This document shows positions 8,911-19,391 of a stretch of 64,000 nt of DNA, one piece after another. Where the stretch lies: assembly GCA_041601615.1 (NCBI GenBank), contig JBFIHX010000006.1, positions 115,353-179,352 on the forward strand, read 5' to 3'. The position numbers and the translations under genes are program-made. Numbering within the stretch: position 1 is the first letter of the stretch; each line of letters opens with the position of its first letter. This DNA comes from Thermoplasmatota archaeon (GTDB taxonomy: Archaea > Thermoplasmatota > E2 > JACPAO01 > JAHFTW01). Under the pieces are notes generated by a model. It was not told where the DNA came from. It saw nothing but the letters and a program-made list of their open reading frames with translations, and did not search any database.

Positions 8911-10869
8911 TTAGCTGCGGCGGCGCAGGGCGGCTCCAACCAGTACTAGAGCACCGATGAGGAGGACCATAGGCAGCCCCGGGCTGTCGTTGTCGTCGGT
9001 TTCGCCCGTGCCGACTAGGATGAATCGCTCCGCCGAGTCCGTGACTCCATTTTCGTCCACGACGACGAGGCGAACGCGGTAGGTGCCTGCTTCCTCGAAG
9101 GTGTGGCGGGTGGTCTCGCCGGTTCCTGCCGCCGATCCGTCGCCAAAGAACCAGGTCCATTCTTGTAGGGGCACGGGAGCCGTGCTGGTGTCGCGGAAGG
9201 TAATGGACTTGCCCACGAGGGGTGATTCAGGGTCGATGGAGAACGCTGCAATGGGCGGCTCGGGCAGCTCCTTCGAGGGGCCGGCGCCGAGTTCTCGCAA
9301 CTGCACTCGCACGGCTTGGGAACGGGTTCCCTGAAGGCCGCCGTCATCGGTCACGGTGAGCTGAACTTGGAAGAATCCAATGGCCTCAAATTGGTGCGAT
9401 GGGCTTTGGAGAGCGCTGGTGTTGCCTTCGCCAAAGTTCCAGGACCATGCCTTGATGGTGCCATCGGAGTCCTGGGAGGTGTCGTTGAACTGGATCGATT
9501 CGCCTTGGTAGATGACGAGGGGATCTGCGGTGAATCCTGCAATGGGGCCCGAGTTTGGCGGTTTGCAGGCCTGTTGCGCCTTGTCGGCTTCAGTGCAGAC
9601 GAAAATGTTCAATTCCCGCGTGGAGGACATGCTCTGGTCGTCGGTGACGGTGAGGCGGACCGTGTATTTGCCAGCGTCCGCGTACTTGTGTGTGGCGGTG
9701 GAGGTGTCGGCGTCCTCGGTGCCGTCCTGGTTGAAGTCCCAGGACCAACTGACGATGGGGTCGCCGTCTGGATCCGTGGACGAGTCGGTGAACGTGATGT
9801 CTTGGCCGGCGGTGGGGGCCAGTGGCGACACGGTGAAGGCGGCAAACGGAGCGACGGCCACAATGGTGGCGGACGCAGCCTTGACCAAGGTGGTCGCCGT
9901 CCCGAGGTCGTCTGTGACGGTCAATTCTACATCGACCGCACCGAGTTCGGAAAAATGCAACTGGGGCTGAATGTCCGTGGAGGTTTGCTCCTCGCCGCCA
10001 TTCGTGAATTTCCACTGGAACGTGTATTCGCCGAGGTTGGGGTCGCCATCGCCAGGGGTAACGGCTGCCTTGAAGGTTACCCGGCTTGCCGCGATTCGGT
10101 CAGAAATCGGCGGGGTCGCGGTGATTTGCGTGATACTGGGCCCGATGGCCACGAAGGTCTTGGGAGTGACTGCGTTCGTGGTGCCGCAGGGAGGGCCCGG
10201 CATTTCGTCCACCACATCATACGCGGATGTATCGTCGTTGAATTCGTAGGTTGTTGCGCTCCACTTGTCCATCACGAGTGGCGCGGCGGCGGTGGCGGGA
10301 CCTGGAGCAAACACCGTGTGCGGCGCATAACCGAGTTCGATGACGTAGTAGGTATTGGAGTTGGTTGGGGGTGCGCCCGGGACCGTGGAACCAGGTGTAC
10401 TGTCCACGGTTTTGACGTTCACATAGACTGGGGCCGAGGTGGACCGTGCGTCCTGAGTACTTGTGAGTACCGAGAAATCGTTCCAGTCGTAGGTTTCTAG
10501 ATCCTTATCTTGAGCGGCCTGGAGGATTGTCGATTGGGGGTGGAGGCTGTCGCCTTCGAACTGTACGCGCATTTGGGCCGAGTTCAAGAAAGAGGTCGCG
10601 GCAACTCCGCTTACGATGACTTGGACGAGCACCATGTGGATGGCTGCATCCGGGGTGTTCAGGTTCTTGTCGTGGTCGAAAGTCCGCGTGGCGGAACCGG
10701 CGTACATTGCCCCTAGGTCATTTCCTGCGAGTCCTTCGCCAGAGCAGTCATGGACGACGCGTGTTAGGTCGTCGCCGGTCTCGGTGGGCGGGGGAGACGT
10801 ATGTCCTGCTTCTACAGGTAGGCTTGTCAACAGGAGTGCCGCCACAAGGACGAACGCAGCCGTGCGCAT
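8911..10869 (-). CDS. PKD-domain surface protein with C-terminal sorting signal
   Basis: Four PKD-like repeats (WSWDFN/WSWNFGEG/WTWFFGDG, GxYTVxLTVTDD); ends DSPGLPMVLLIGALVLVGAALRRRS (PGF-CTERM-like). Confidence 0.9.
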   Translation of the reverse strand: MRTAAFVLVAALLLTSLPVEAGHTSPPPTETGDDLTRVVHDCSGEGLAGNDLGAMYAGSATRTFDHDKNLNTPDAAIHMVLVQVIVSGVAATSFLNSAQMRVQFEGDSLHPQSTILQAAQDKDLETYDWNDFSVLTSTQDARSTSAPVYVNVKTVDSTPGSTVPGAPPTNSNTYYVIELGYAPHTVFAPGPATAAAPLVMDKWSATTYEFNDDTSAYDVVDEMPGPPCGTTNAVTPKTFVAIGPSITQITATPPISDRIAASRVTFKAAVTPGDGDPNLGEYTFQWKFTNGGEEQTSTDIQPQLHFSELGAVDVELTVTDDLGTATTLVKAASATIVAVAPFAAFTVSPLAPTAGQDITFTDSSTDPDGDPIVSWSWDFNQDGTEDADTSTATHKYADAGKYTVRLTVTDDQSMSSTRELNIFVCTEADKAQQACKPPNSGPIAGFTADPLVIYQGESIQFNDTSQDSDGTIKAWSWNFGEGNTSALQSPSHQFEAIGFFQVQLTVTDDGGLQGTRSQAVRVQLRELGAGPSKELPEPPIAAFSIDPESPLVGKSITFRDTSTAPVPLQEWTWFFGDGSAAGTGETTRHTFEEAGTYRVRLVVVDENGVTDSAERFILVGTGETDDNDSPGLPMVLLIGALVLVGAALRRRS

Positions 10870-10930
10870 CGCCCGACCAGTCACGGGGCGACTGATAGCC
10901 TTTGTTAGACGCTCCTGAAGGAAACCATCC

Positions 10931-11542
10931 CTAATCCAAGCGGAACGGGGCCACGTCGAAGGTGTTCTGCACCGTGGTGTACTGGTGGCCGCCCAGCCGT
11001 GCTAGAAAGTCGACGCGATCGGCGCGCACGTTGCCTCGCTCATCGAGGACCTTGTCGTCGGCGTGGAAGTGGAGGATTTCTCCAAAGACCACGGTAACGG
11101 GGGATTGGTTGCCAAATCGGCGGGTCTCGACGCGGCGGCATTCCATGGCGACGGGGCACGCGCTCAAACGTGGCGGGGCGACTTTCCTGCTTGGCTCGGT
11201 CTCCAATCCCAAGGCCTCTGCTTCGCTGATTCCGTCTGGGTACGGGGCTGCGGATTGCACCATTTCGTTGGCAAGCTGCGCAGGAGTGACGTGGACAACG
11301 AATTCGCCGGTTGTTTCGATGTTTCGAAGGGTGTGCTTGGAGCCGCCGCCGCGTGCGTCCGAAATGCTCAGCATCAGCATCGGTGGGTCGGAGCAGATTC
11401 CTTGGAAGTAACTGAAGGGCGCCAAGTTGACGACGCCCGCCGCATCCACGGTGGTGACCCAGGCGATGGGCCGAGGGGCGATGGCACTCGTCAGGAAATG
11501 ATAATGGCCGGACGGGCTCCGGTCGGCAGCAGACCAATCCAC
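10931..11542 (-). CDS. Flavin reductase family protein
   Basis: PRPIAWVTT...NLAPFSYF...KHTLRNIETTGEFVV...LARLGG motifs; GTG start inferred. Confidence 0.9.
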   Translation of the reverse strand: MDWSAADRSPSGHYHFLTSAIAPRPIAWVTTVDAAGVVNLAPFSYFQGICSDPPMLMLSISDARGGGSKHTLRNIETTGEFVVHVTPAQLANEMVQSAAPYPDGISEAEALGLETEPSRKVAPPRLSACPVAMECRRVETRRFGNQSPVTVVFGEILHFHADDKVLDERGNVRADRVDFLARLGGHQYTTVQNTFDVAPFRLD

Positions 11543-11637
11543 GCACGGCACCTGCGCCCGGGGCGCTTGAACCCACCGTCTCTGGCCGGTACGGTTTTGA
11601 CACACCCTGCTGCTCCCGAGTCGTCAGTGTGGACTTT

Positions 11638-13530
11638 ATGGCCGTCGAGAGCATAACCCAGCAAGTGCAGAAGGACCCCTCCAGCATCGTCAACCGGTCG
11701 GTAGGCGACGTGGACACACTGGCCGAACTGATGTGGAACAGCATCGAGCGCCATGCCGCCCACACCGCCCAGTCCTGGAACGAAGACGGCGTCTGGAAAT
11801 CGCGTACCTACGAGGAGTTCGGCACGCGCATCCGCGAGGTCGCCAACGGACTCCTGTCGCTGGGCCTGAAAAAGGGCGACCGAGTGGCGATCTGGAGCAA
11901 AAACCGACCGGCCTGGGCCGAAGTGGATCTAGCCGACCAAACCATCGGCATCGCCACCGTGCCCATTTACGACACTTTGACCGGCAAGGACGGGGCATAC
12001 ATCGTGAACGATTCCGGCGCCAAGGTGCTGTTTGTCCAGGACAAAACCGTTCTTGATACGGTCTGGGCCGTGCAGGGCGAGATGAAGCTGGACACCATCG
12101 TCATGCTCGAAGGCATTTCGCGACGCAAGGGCGTCGTGAGCTACGAAGCCCTCCTGAAGGCCGGCCGCGCCTACGCCGAGAAGAACCCTGGCGCCGTGGA
12201 AAAAGCACGCGACAAAGTCAAGGCGGACGATTTAGCCAGCCTCGTCTACACCAGCGGCACCACAGGCAACCCCAAAGGCGTCATGCTGACCCACAAGAAC
12301 TTCGCCAGCAACGCCCAAGTGGCCCAGAAAGTCGTCGACGTGGGCCCCCACGACACCTTCCTGAGCTTCCTGCCCCTCTCGCATGTATTCGAGCGCACGG
12401 GCGGCCACTTCACGGCCTACGGAGCCGGCGCGCACGTGACGTTTGCGCGCAGCATCGACACGCTCACGGACGACATGATTGCCATCAAGCCGACGATCAT
12501 GATGAGTGTGCCGCGCTTGTACGAGAAAATCTACGCACGCATCCAAGACAGTGTGCGCAAGAGCAGCTTCGTCAAACGCGCCATCTTTGCGTGGGCCATG
12601 GCCCAAGGACGCGCCGCAAACGTCTACCGCCAACGCGATGAGCCCTTGCCGCGCAGCCTCGCTTCCAAAGTCGCACGAGCCGACAAACTCGTATTTGGCA
12701 AGCTCAAGGCCCGCGTCGGCGGCAATTTGCGCTACTTCGTCAGCGGCGGCGCAGCCCTCTCCAAGGAGATTGAGGAATTCTTCTGGGCCGCTGGCATCCA
12801 AGTGCTGCAAGGATACGGACTCACCGAGACCAGTCCCGTCACCAACGTCAACGCCCCGCACGCCTTGCGCTTTGGCTCCGTGGGCCGCGCCGTACCCGGC
12901 GCCGAAATCCGCATCGACACCAGCGAATGGACCAGCCTACGCCCCGATGTCGAAGAAGGCGAAATTTGCGTCAAAGGCCCCCAAGTGATGCAGGGTTACT
13001 TCAACAACAAGAAGGCGACCGCAGAAGTGTTCGACAAGCAAGGCTGGTTCCACACCGGCGACATTGGCTACGTCGACAACGACGGATTCCTGTTCATCAC
13101 GGACCGCAAAAAGGAGATCATCGTGATGAGCAACGGCAAGAACGTCGCGCCCCAGCCCATCGAAAACGCCCTGAAGCTCCAACAGCACATTGCCCAAGCC
13201 TGCCTCATCGGGGACGGCCGCAAGTACATCAGTGCGCTAATCAACCCCGATTTCGAAGCCCTGGAAGCGTTCGCCATCGCCAACGGCATCGCGGCCCCCG
13301 GCGACGCCCTCGTGGCGGATCAGCGCGTCGTCAGCCTCATCGAGAAAGAGGTCGAGGCCGTCAACGCCAATCTGCCGCGCTATGAGCAGATCAAGAAATT
13401 CTGGATCGTGCCCCGAGAATGGACCGTCGAAGGCGGCGAACTGACGCCCAGCCTGAAGCTCAAGCGCCGCGTCATCAACGAGAAGTTCGGCGCGTTCATC
13501 GAGAACCTCTACCCCGGTGGCAACTCCTAG
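11638..13530 (+). CDS. fadD: Long-chain fatty acid--CoA ligase (AMP-binding)
   Basis: YTSGTTGNPKG, QGYGLTET, WFHTGDIG, ITDRKKE, ELTPSLKLKR. Confidence 0.9.
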   Translation: MAVESITQQVQKDPSSIVNRSVGDVDTLAELMWNSIERHAAHTAQSWNEDGVWKSRTYEEFGTRIREVANGLLSLGLKKGDRVAIWSKNRPAWAEVDLADQTIGIATVPIYDTLTGKDGAYIVNDSGAKVLFVQDKTVLDTVWAVQGEMKLDTIVMLEGISRRKGVVSYEALLKAGRAYAEKNPGAVEKARDKVKADDLASLVYTSGTTGNPKGVMLTHKNFASNAQVAQKVVDVGPHDTFLSFLPLSHVFERTGGHFTAYGAGAHVTFARSIDTLTDDMIAIKPTIMMSVPRLYEKIYARIQDSVRKSSFVKRAIFAWAMAQGRAANVYRQRDEPLPRSLASKVARADKLVFGKLKARVGGNLRYFVSGGAALSKEIEEFFWAAGIQVLQGYGLTETSPVTNVNAPHALRFGSVGRAVPGAEIRIDTSEWTSLRPDVEEGEICVKGPQVMQGYFNNKKATAEVFDKQGWFHTGDIGYVDNDGFLFITDRKKEIIVMSNGKNVAPQPIENALKLQQHIAQACLIGDGRKYISALINPDFEALEAFAIANGIAAPGDALVADQRVVSLIEKEVEAVNANLPRYEQIKKFWIVPREWTVEGGELTPSLKLKRRVINEKFGAFIENLYPGGNS

Positions 13531-13606
13531 ACCGACGAGAGGCCGAGGCCGACCAAGGCGCCGTTTGCAGCGCTGCCTTTTTTGGGACCCCCTCGTGCGC
13601 CGCCTC

Positions 13607-14659
13607 GTGGCCGGGACCGACAAGAAGCCCCTGACCTACGCCGACAGCGGCGTAGACATCGAAAAGGAGGACAAAGCCGTGGGTGCCCTGGCAGGCGCAT
13701 TGGCGTTTGCCCGCTCCGGCCTCGGCGCTCCCATCGGCAGCATCGGCCACTTTGGCGGCCTCGTGGAATTCGGCGAATTTGCGCTCTGCCTCTGCACCGA
13801 CGGAGTGGGCAGCAAAGTGGAGATCGCCAACGCCATCCAGAAATGGGACACGGTCGGCATCGACTGCATGGCGATGAACGTCAACGACGCGCTGTGCGTC
13901 GGCGCGGAGCCCATCGCGTTCGTGGACTATCTGGCCGTGGAGGACCCGGACCCAGAATTTACGCTCCAAGTGGGCCGCGGCCTCGAAAAAGCTGCAGAAT
14001 TGGCCAACGTTTCGATGGTGGGCGGCGAAACCGCGAGCCTTCCCGGCATCATCAAGGGCTTCGACCTCGCCGGCACCTGCCTTGCCTATGCCAAGAAATC
14101 CGACCTCGTTACGGGCGAAAAAATCGTCCCTGGCGACGTTTTGATTGGACTTGCAAGCTCCGGCATCCACAGCAACGGCTACACGCTCGCCCGCGCCGCC
14201 ATCTCCGCTGGAAAACTCGCGTACACGGACAAGTGGCCGTTCAACGACGCCGAACACGCCGGCAAAACCGTCGGCGAGGTGCTCCTGGAGCCTACCCGCA
14301 TCTACGTGCGCGAAATCATGGCGGTGCTCAAGGCCGGCATCCCGGTGCACGGCCTCAGCCACATCACCGGCAGCGGCCTTCGCAAGCTCCGCCGCATCAA
14401 CCAAGGTGTGCGCTACGAGATCACGGACCCGCTCCCGGTACACTCCGTCTTCGAGCGCATCCAGGAACTCGGCTCGGTTGCGGACCACGAGATGTACCGG
14501 ACGTTCAACATGGGGATGGGTTTCGTCATCGTGGTTCCTGCGGACGCCGTGGACAAGACCCTCGAAACGCTGCGTGCCCACGTAGACTACCACGTCAAAG
14601 TCGTCGGGTCGGTTGCGGAAGGCGAAGGCGTGCACCACCCCGTCGGCGGCACGCACTGA
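13607..14659 (+). CDS. purM: Phosphoribosylformylglycinamidine cyclo-ligase (AIR synthetase)
   Basis: YADSGVDI, TDGVGSK, GIDCMAMNVND, GGETA, SSGIHSNG, EMYRTFNMG. Confidence 0.95.
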   Translation: MAGTDKKPLTYADSGVDIEKEDKAVGALAGALAFARSGLGAPIGSIGHFGGLVEFGEFALCLCTDGVGSKVEIANAIQKWDTVGIDCMAMNVNDALCVGAEPIAFVDYLAVEDPDPEFTLQVGRGLEKAAELANVSMVGGETASLPGIIKGFDLAGTCLAYAKKSDLVTGEKIVPGDVLIGLASSGIHSNGYTLARAAISAGKLAYTDKWPFNDAEHAGKTVGEVLLEPTRIYVREIMAVLKAGIPVHGLSHITGSGLRKLRRINQGVRYEITDPLPVHSVFERIQELGSVADHEMYRTFNMGMGFVIVVPADAVDKTLETLRAHVDYHVKVVGSVAEGEGVHHPVGGTH

Positions 14660-14729
14660 TTCAACCCAGGAAGCAGCGGCGAAATGGGTGGCCGCAGGCC
14701 GCCCGGCGCATCGACAAAGCGCCGCCGCG

Positions 14730-15107
14730 TTACTGCCCGTTTTCCATGAGCGCAATCATGGGCCCGCCGGGAATCTGCATCCAGCTCATGTAGCCCATGC
14801 CACCGGGAATGGCGGTTTTGGGCAGGACAATGGTGGCACCGCCTGCGGTTGCGTCGGCGATGGTCTTGTCGATGTCGCCGGTCAAAAAGTAGGGCGTGGT
14901 GCTTGGACCCGGCTCTTGGGGCATCACGGGGCGCACGGCGCAACTGGGTTCACCGGGTTTGTACGCCATGTTGTATTCCATGCCGGCTTCTGGAGGGGCG
15001 GCTTCGAATTTCAAACCGAATACCTTGGTCAAGAATTCCATGCTTGCTTGGGTGTCGGTGCTTCCCATCTCGGTGTGCGCGATGGCGCCGTGCCACGAAT
15101 CGGACAT
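14730..15107 (-). CDS. VOC/glyoxalase family protein
   Basis: IAHTEM...FLTKVFG...PYFLTGDIDKTIADATAGGATI...IPGGPMIALME. Confidence 0.8.
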   Translation of the reverse strand: MSDSWHGAIAHTEMGSTDTQASMEFLTKVFGLKFEAAPPEAGMEYNMAYKPGEPSCAVRPVMPQEPGPSTTPYFLTGDIDKTIADATAGGATIVLPKTAIPGGMGYMSWMQIPGGPMIALMENGQ

Positions 15108-15232
15108 GCGCAGCCATCCGAGTCGTCTGCATAAAGCTCGCCCTCCTGCCCCGTCGTCCACGCGCACCCGTGCCTCTTCGGGCGTGACCGCAACAACCAC
15201 GGCCTCTGGGCGCCGAGCGGGTTGTGGTCACT

Positions 15233-15703
15233 ATGGCTGGAAAAATCTTCGGCGCCATCAAGGACGCCGCAAAGGCAATCCAGACGGACGATGAGGCCGT
15301 CTGTCGTTCCTTCTTCACCGACATCTGGGTGCATGGCAAGGTGGACATGCTGGACCAGTACCTGGCGGAAAACTACACCACGAATGCGCCGCCGGGGTAC
15401 GACAACACGGCGAGCGGCTACCGCAAGATGGTCGAAGATTTCCACAAGGCGTTCACGGTCCATGAGGGCCACCTGGAGGAAGTCATCGAAAACAACGGCC
15501 GCGTGGCGCTGCACTGGAACCTGGACGCCACCCAGCGCGCCGAGTGGATGGGTGTTCCGTCCGAGGGCAAGAAGGTCCACATGGACGGCATCACGGTGAG
15601 CACGGTGCGCAACGGCAAAGTCGCCCACGAGCACAACATCATCGATATGCTGCCGGTTCTGGGCCAACTCGGCGTCAAGGACATTTCCAAGTTCGTGGCG
15701 TAG
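15233..15703 (+). CDS. SnoaL-like ester cyclase
   Basis: EWMGVPSEGKKVHMDGITVSTVRNGKVAHE motif. Confidence 0.85.
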   Translation: MAGKIFGAIKDAAKAIQTDDEAVCRSFFTDIWVHGKVDMLDQYLAENYTTNAPPGYDNTASGYRKMVEDFHKAFTVHEGHLEEVIENNGRVALHWNLDATQRAEWMGVPSEGKKVHMDGITVSTVRNGKVAHEHNIIDMLPVLGQLGVKDISKFVA

Positions 15704-15807
15704 GCAACCTTCGGAGTCCCCCCGACCCGCCCCTCTTGCCCCTTTTCTCTTGACCCCTGATTTTCCTTCCCCGACCCTTTGCTTTGTTTGCTGCCATGCG
15801 GCGGCAG

Positions 15808-18237
15808 CTAGGCCGGACTGGCGTCCCGTGCGTCCGTGTCGGCGCGTGTGCTCCATCGCCCTAGGGCCACGGGCACAAGCAGGAGTGTCAGCATGTACGC
15901 GATGAGCACTCCGGCGGCGGTCAACAGAGCCAAGTTTTTGCTTTGCAGGAAGTAGACGCCGCCGAGCACTGCAAAGGCGACGAATGTGGTGAGGGTGGTG
16001 CCGGTGATGGCGCGGCCGGCGGTCTGGAACGCGGTGGCGAGCGCTTCGGCGTGGCCAGCGCCCGCGTCGCGGGCTTCCCAGAATCGGCTCACAAGATGCA
16101 CAAGGTCGTCGACGCCCACTGCGACGGTGATGGCGAAGGCCAGCAGAAACATGTCGTTGAGCACTGCATTGTTGGCAGTACCCAGAACGCCATAGAGGGC
16201 GTCGAGGGCGGGGACGGCGGCAATCAACCACAGCGCAGACACAAGCACCAGAAGCACTCCAAGCCCTGCCATGGCGAGGCCTTCTGCACCTCGTCGGCTC
16301 CAGGCGGCGGTGAGCACTGCACCCACGGCGAGCGCACTGCCGACGGTTGCAATCGCCACGTCTCGGGGAGTCTGTTCGAGAACGGCGGCGCGGTTGACGG
16401 GGGCGCCAGAAGCGGCGACTTCGTAGCTGGGGCCGAGGGCGGATTGGAGGCGATCTGCGTGCACTTCGAGAGCGTCGCGCAGGCCCAGGAGATGTTGCTG
16501 ATCTTGCCACGGATCGAGTTGTAGGGCGACGACAGCGAGGTCGTAGTCGCGGGTGATCGAAAACGGCGCGATGGTGCGCCATAAGGGATGCTCGTGGAGC
16601 GCGTCGAGTCGGTCTTGTGCTTCGGCCCGCGTTTGGGGCAACCGCTGGGCTTCCGTGGGTGCTGCGCCTGCGGGCGTGAGGATGCCGGCAAGGGCAACGT
16701 CCACGGCGCCTTGATCGGTTGCTTCGTCGGCAAGCAAAAGGGCGGTCACAGCCGAGGCCTCGCGGTACAGCGGCACGTCCGAGACGGCGGTGGTTGCCTC
16801 GTGCAGCGCAAGCAGGGCGTCCGGGTTGGTCATGTCTCCGCGAACGATGAGGTAGGCGCGTTGGAAGGCGCCATATTCCTGTTCGATGCGGTGTTGCAGC
16901 TGAATCACCGGGTCATCTTGGGGAAATTCGTTCTCGGCCGAGCCGCTTTCGATGGTGGTCTGCGAGGCGGCAACCACGATGGCCGCGAGGCTCACCATGA
17001 GGACCACGAGCACGGCGGGGGCCGGGCGGGATCGAACGTGGGTGGCCCAGCGCGCGAGGGCAGGGCCGACGCGTTCGCGGCGAGGTGTGCTTCGGGCTCG
17101 GACAGGGATAAGGGAACGCAGGGAGGCGCCGAGGCTCAGAGCGGCGCCGAGGCCGAGCAGAACGCCGAGAGAGGCGACTCCGCCAATTTCGGCAAACAAG
17201 GGCGCGGGAACGAGGAGAAGCACCGCGAGTCCTGCGGCTGTGGTGAGGGCGGCAAGTGCAATGGGCCAGCCCGTGTGGCGAAGTGCTCGGGCGACGGCAT
17301 CACGGCTCGTGCTCCCTGTGGCTTGTTCTTCTTCGACGCGGTGCAACAAGTGGACGGCGTAGTCGACGCCGATGCCGCTGACCACCGGGGCCAAAAACAG
17401 CGTCAGGAAGCTGATGCGAATGTCGAGCCAACCGAGGGCCCCGAAGGTCCAAGTGGTGGCCACGGCGACGGATGAGACCGCGATGAGAATGTTGGCAGGG
17501 CGACGAAGCACCCACAAGAGAGCGATGGCCACGGCGCCGGCCGCTGCAACGCCCCAAAAGCGCAGGTCCTGTTCGTTGCGTTCGTCCGTGTAGTGGCTAC
17601 TGTACAGAAGGCCGCTGGCTTGCGGCGTGCCGGTGGCGGGGTCGGTGCGAGCCGTGTTCCAGTCGGCCAGGGCGTCGGCGACGTCGCCACTGAGGCGCCG
17701 GGCTTCGATGTTGTCCTTGGTGGAAAAGAATCCGAGCCACAGCGCGCTGCTGCCATCCTTGGCAAGCACATCGTCGATGCTGGCGTCGCCGAGTGTCCGG
17801 TCGCGCACGGCGTCGTGGGTCGCGTCGTCGGGAAGCCGGTAATCGGACTCTTGGGCGTTGCCGGCCGTGGCGACCTGCATCGTCATGTAGTTGCCCGCAC
17901 GCATCGCCTCGTAAGCCGAGAGTTGGTGGCTGAATGCACCCGGGAAGCGGCCCTCGAGGTATGCAGTGAGTGCTTCTTGCTCCGCCACGAGCGCATCGAA
18001 GCCGGCAGGTTCGCGCAGGCTCGGCCCAGTTTCGGCGCGGGGCATGTGCACCGCCACGAACCGGATGCCGTCCAGTTCCTCGAGCATCGCCCGATACAAT
18101 GGCAGCCCGTCGTGGTCGGGCACGGTATCGACGAAGTCCACTTCGGGCTCGATGCGCTGAACACCGAGGACGGCGCCGAACGTCAGGAGGGCGACGAGCG
18201 CGAGTACGGACCAGGGGGCCCGGCTAGGTAGACTCAC
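15808..18237 (-). CDS. MMPL/RND family transporter
   Basis: Two repeats with GIGVDYAVHL and AVGVDDLVHL, TG.AI...ALTT; GTGA overlap with upstream gene. Confidence 0.9.
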   Translation of the reverse strand: MSLPSRAPWSVLALVALLTFGAVLGVQRIEPEVDFVDTVPDHDGLPLYRAMLEELDGIRFVAVHMPRAETGPSLREPAGFDALVAEQEALTAYLEGRFPGAFSHQLSAYEAMRAGNYMTMQVATAGNAQESDYRLPDDATHDAVRDRTLGDASIDDVLAKDGSSALWLGFFSTKDNIEARRLSGDVADALADWNTARTDPATGTPQASGLLYSSHYTDERNEQDLRFWGVAAAGAVAIALLWVLRRPANILIAVSSVAVATTWTFGALGWLDIRISFLTLFLAPVVSGIGVDYAVHLLHRVEEEQATGSTSRDAVARALRHTGWPIALAALTTAAGLAVLLLVPAPLFAEIGGVASLGVLLGLGAALSLGASLRSLIPVRARSTPRRERVGPALARWATHVRSRPAPAVLVVLMVSLAAIVVAASQTTIESGSAENEFPQDDPVIQLQHRIEQEYGAFQRAYLIVRGDMTNPDALLALHEATTAVSDVPLYREASAVTALLLADEATDQGAVDVALAGILTPAGAAPTEAQRLPQTRAEAQDRLDALHEHPLWRTIAPFSITRDYDLAVVALQLDPWQDQQHLLGLRDALEVHADRLQSALGPSYEVAASGAPVNRAAVLEQTPRDVAIATVGSALAVGAVLTAAWSRRGAEGLAMAGLGVLLVLVSALWLIAAVPALDALYGVLGTANNAVLNDMFLLAFAITVAVGVDDLVHLVSRFWEARDAGAGHAEALATAFQTAGRAITGTTLTTFVAFAVLGGVYFLQSKNLALLTAAGVLIAYMLTLLLVPVALGRWSTRADTDARDASPA

Positions 18238-19250
18238 GCCAGGAAGCTCCACGCGTCAGGGGCGGGGTCCACGTAGAAGGCGGTTGCGTAGAGGTCGAAG
18301 GCGACATCGATGCCAGCACCTACGCCTAGGAAGCAAGTGCCTCCAAACGGAATGGGGGCCGCGGGTACGCACGCCGCGTGGTAGCCGTGGCTTCGCGGAT
18401 AGACCTGGTACTCGAAGGTGGTCGCGTTCTGCGGCACGGGGCCGGTGCCGTCCTCGTACTCGGCGCCGGGTTCAAGCCGGTACGTCTGGCCGCCGTAGAA
18501 CTTGGCGTACTGTTCGTAGTCGTTGAGCCGGTCCGCGTCCGAGGTGCCGCGCACGGTGATGCGCAGGCCATCCATGCCCGGTTGGCTCGCCTCGTCGAAG
18601 TCCATGTCGAGCACGACGGTGCGCCAGTTGGGCAAGAGGTGGTGTCGAAATTCGGTTTCGTTGTCCGTGACGGAGCCGTCGGACGGAACGGGCACGCCTC
18701 CGTTCTTGAGTTCCGTGGCGACGTATTCCGTTGCGGTGTCACACGACGGCGTGATGATGACGTACTCCGCCGCGCACTGGATCAATCCCTCGAAGTGGAC
18801 TGTCACGAAGTAGGGTTCTTCGGCAAATTGCAGCAGGACGAACACGAGGCTGACGCTTCCGCCGGATTCGACGGGCTTTGCGGTGAGTTCGGCGGCTTGG
18901 TAGTTCGTGGCGTCGGCGTGCAGGACGTGGAAGCCGACGGGGACGTTCTGGAAGACGAAGGCGCCGTCCGCGCCGGTCTTTCGCGTGCGGTTGAGTTCTG
19001 GGATCGACACCGTGGCCTCCGGGATCGGGGCGCCATCTTCGTCCTGGACGACCCCGCTGATGGTCATGACCGCCTCGCCAGATTTGGCCGGAGGCTGCTC
19101 CGTTTCCACGCCCGCTTGAGGTTGGGCGGGGGGCTTGCCTTTCGATGGCTCATCGATGGCAGAAAGGGGCACCGTTTTCGCGTCGTCGCCGGTACAGCCG
19201 GCAAGCGCAAGGGCGGTCAGCAGGAGCACCACGGCGGCGACTCGGAGCAC
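18234..19250 (-). CDS. Lipoprotein with carboxypeptidase-regulatory-like domain
   Basis: LAGC lipobox; ISGVVQDEDGAPIPEATV...TGADGAFVFQNVPVG. Confidence 0.85.
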   Translation of the reverse strand: MLRVAAVVLLLTALALAGCTGDDAKTVPLSAIDEPSKGKPPAQPQAGVETEQPPAKSGEAVMTISGVVQDEDGAPIPEATVSIPELNRTRKTGADGAFVFQNVPVGFHVLHADATNYQAAELTAKPVESGGSVSLVFVLLQFAEEPYFVTVHFEGLIQCAAEYVIITPSCDTATEYVATELKNGGVPVPSDGSVTDNETEFRHHLLPNWRTVVLDMDFDEASQPGMDGLRITVRGTSDADRLNDYEQYAKFYGGQTYRLEPGAEYEDGTGPVPQNATTFEYQVYPRSHGYHAACVPAAPIPFGGTCFLGVGAGIDVAFDLYATAFYVDPAPDAWSFLA

Positions 19251-19391
19251 GGACCCCGCCGACTTTCGAGGGTACTAAACCCCTTGCCCGTGCGGCCCAA
19301 GATACGTCAACCCGCCCCGCCAAATTCTGTGCATGTCAACTCCTTGGCTTCGCAGGTCAACCTTTTTGTCCGCGCCCGACTCCGCCGCCTC

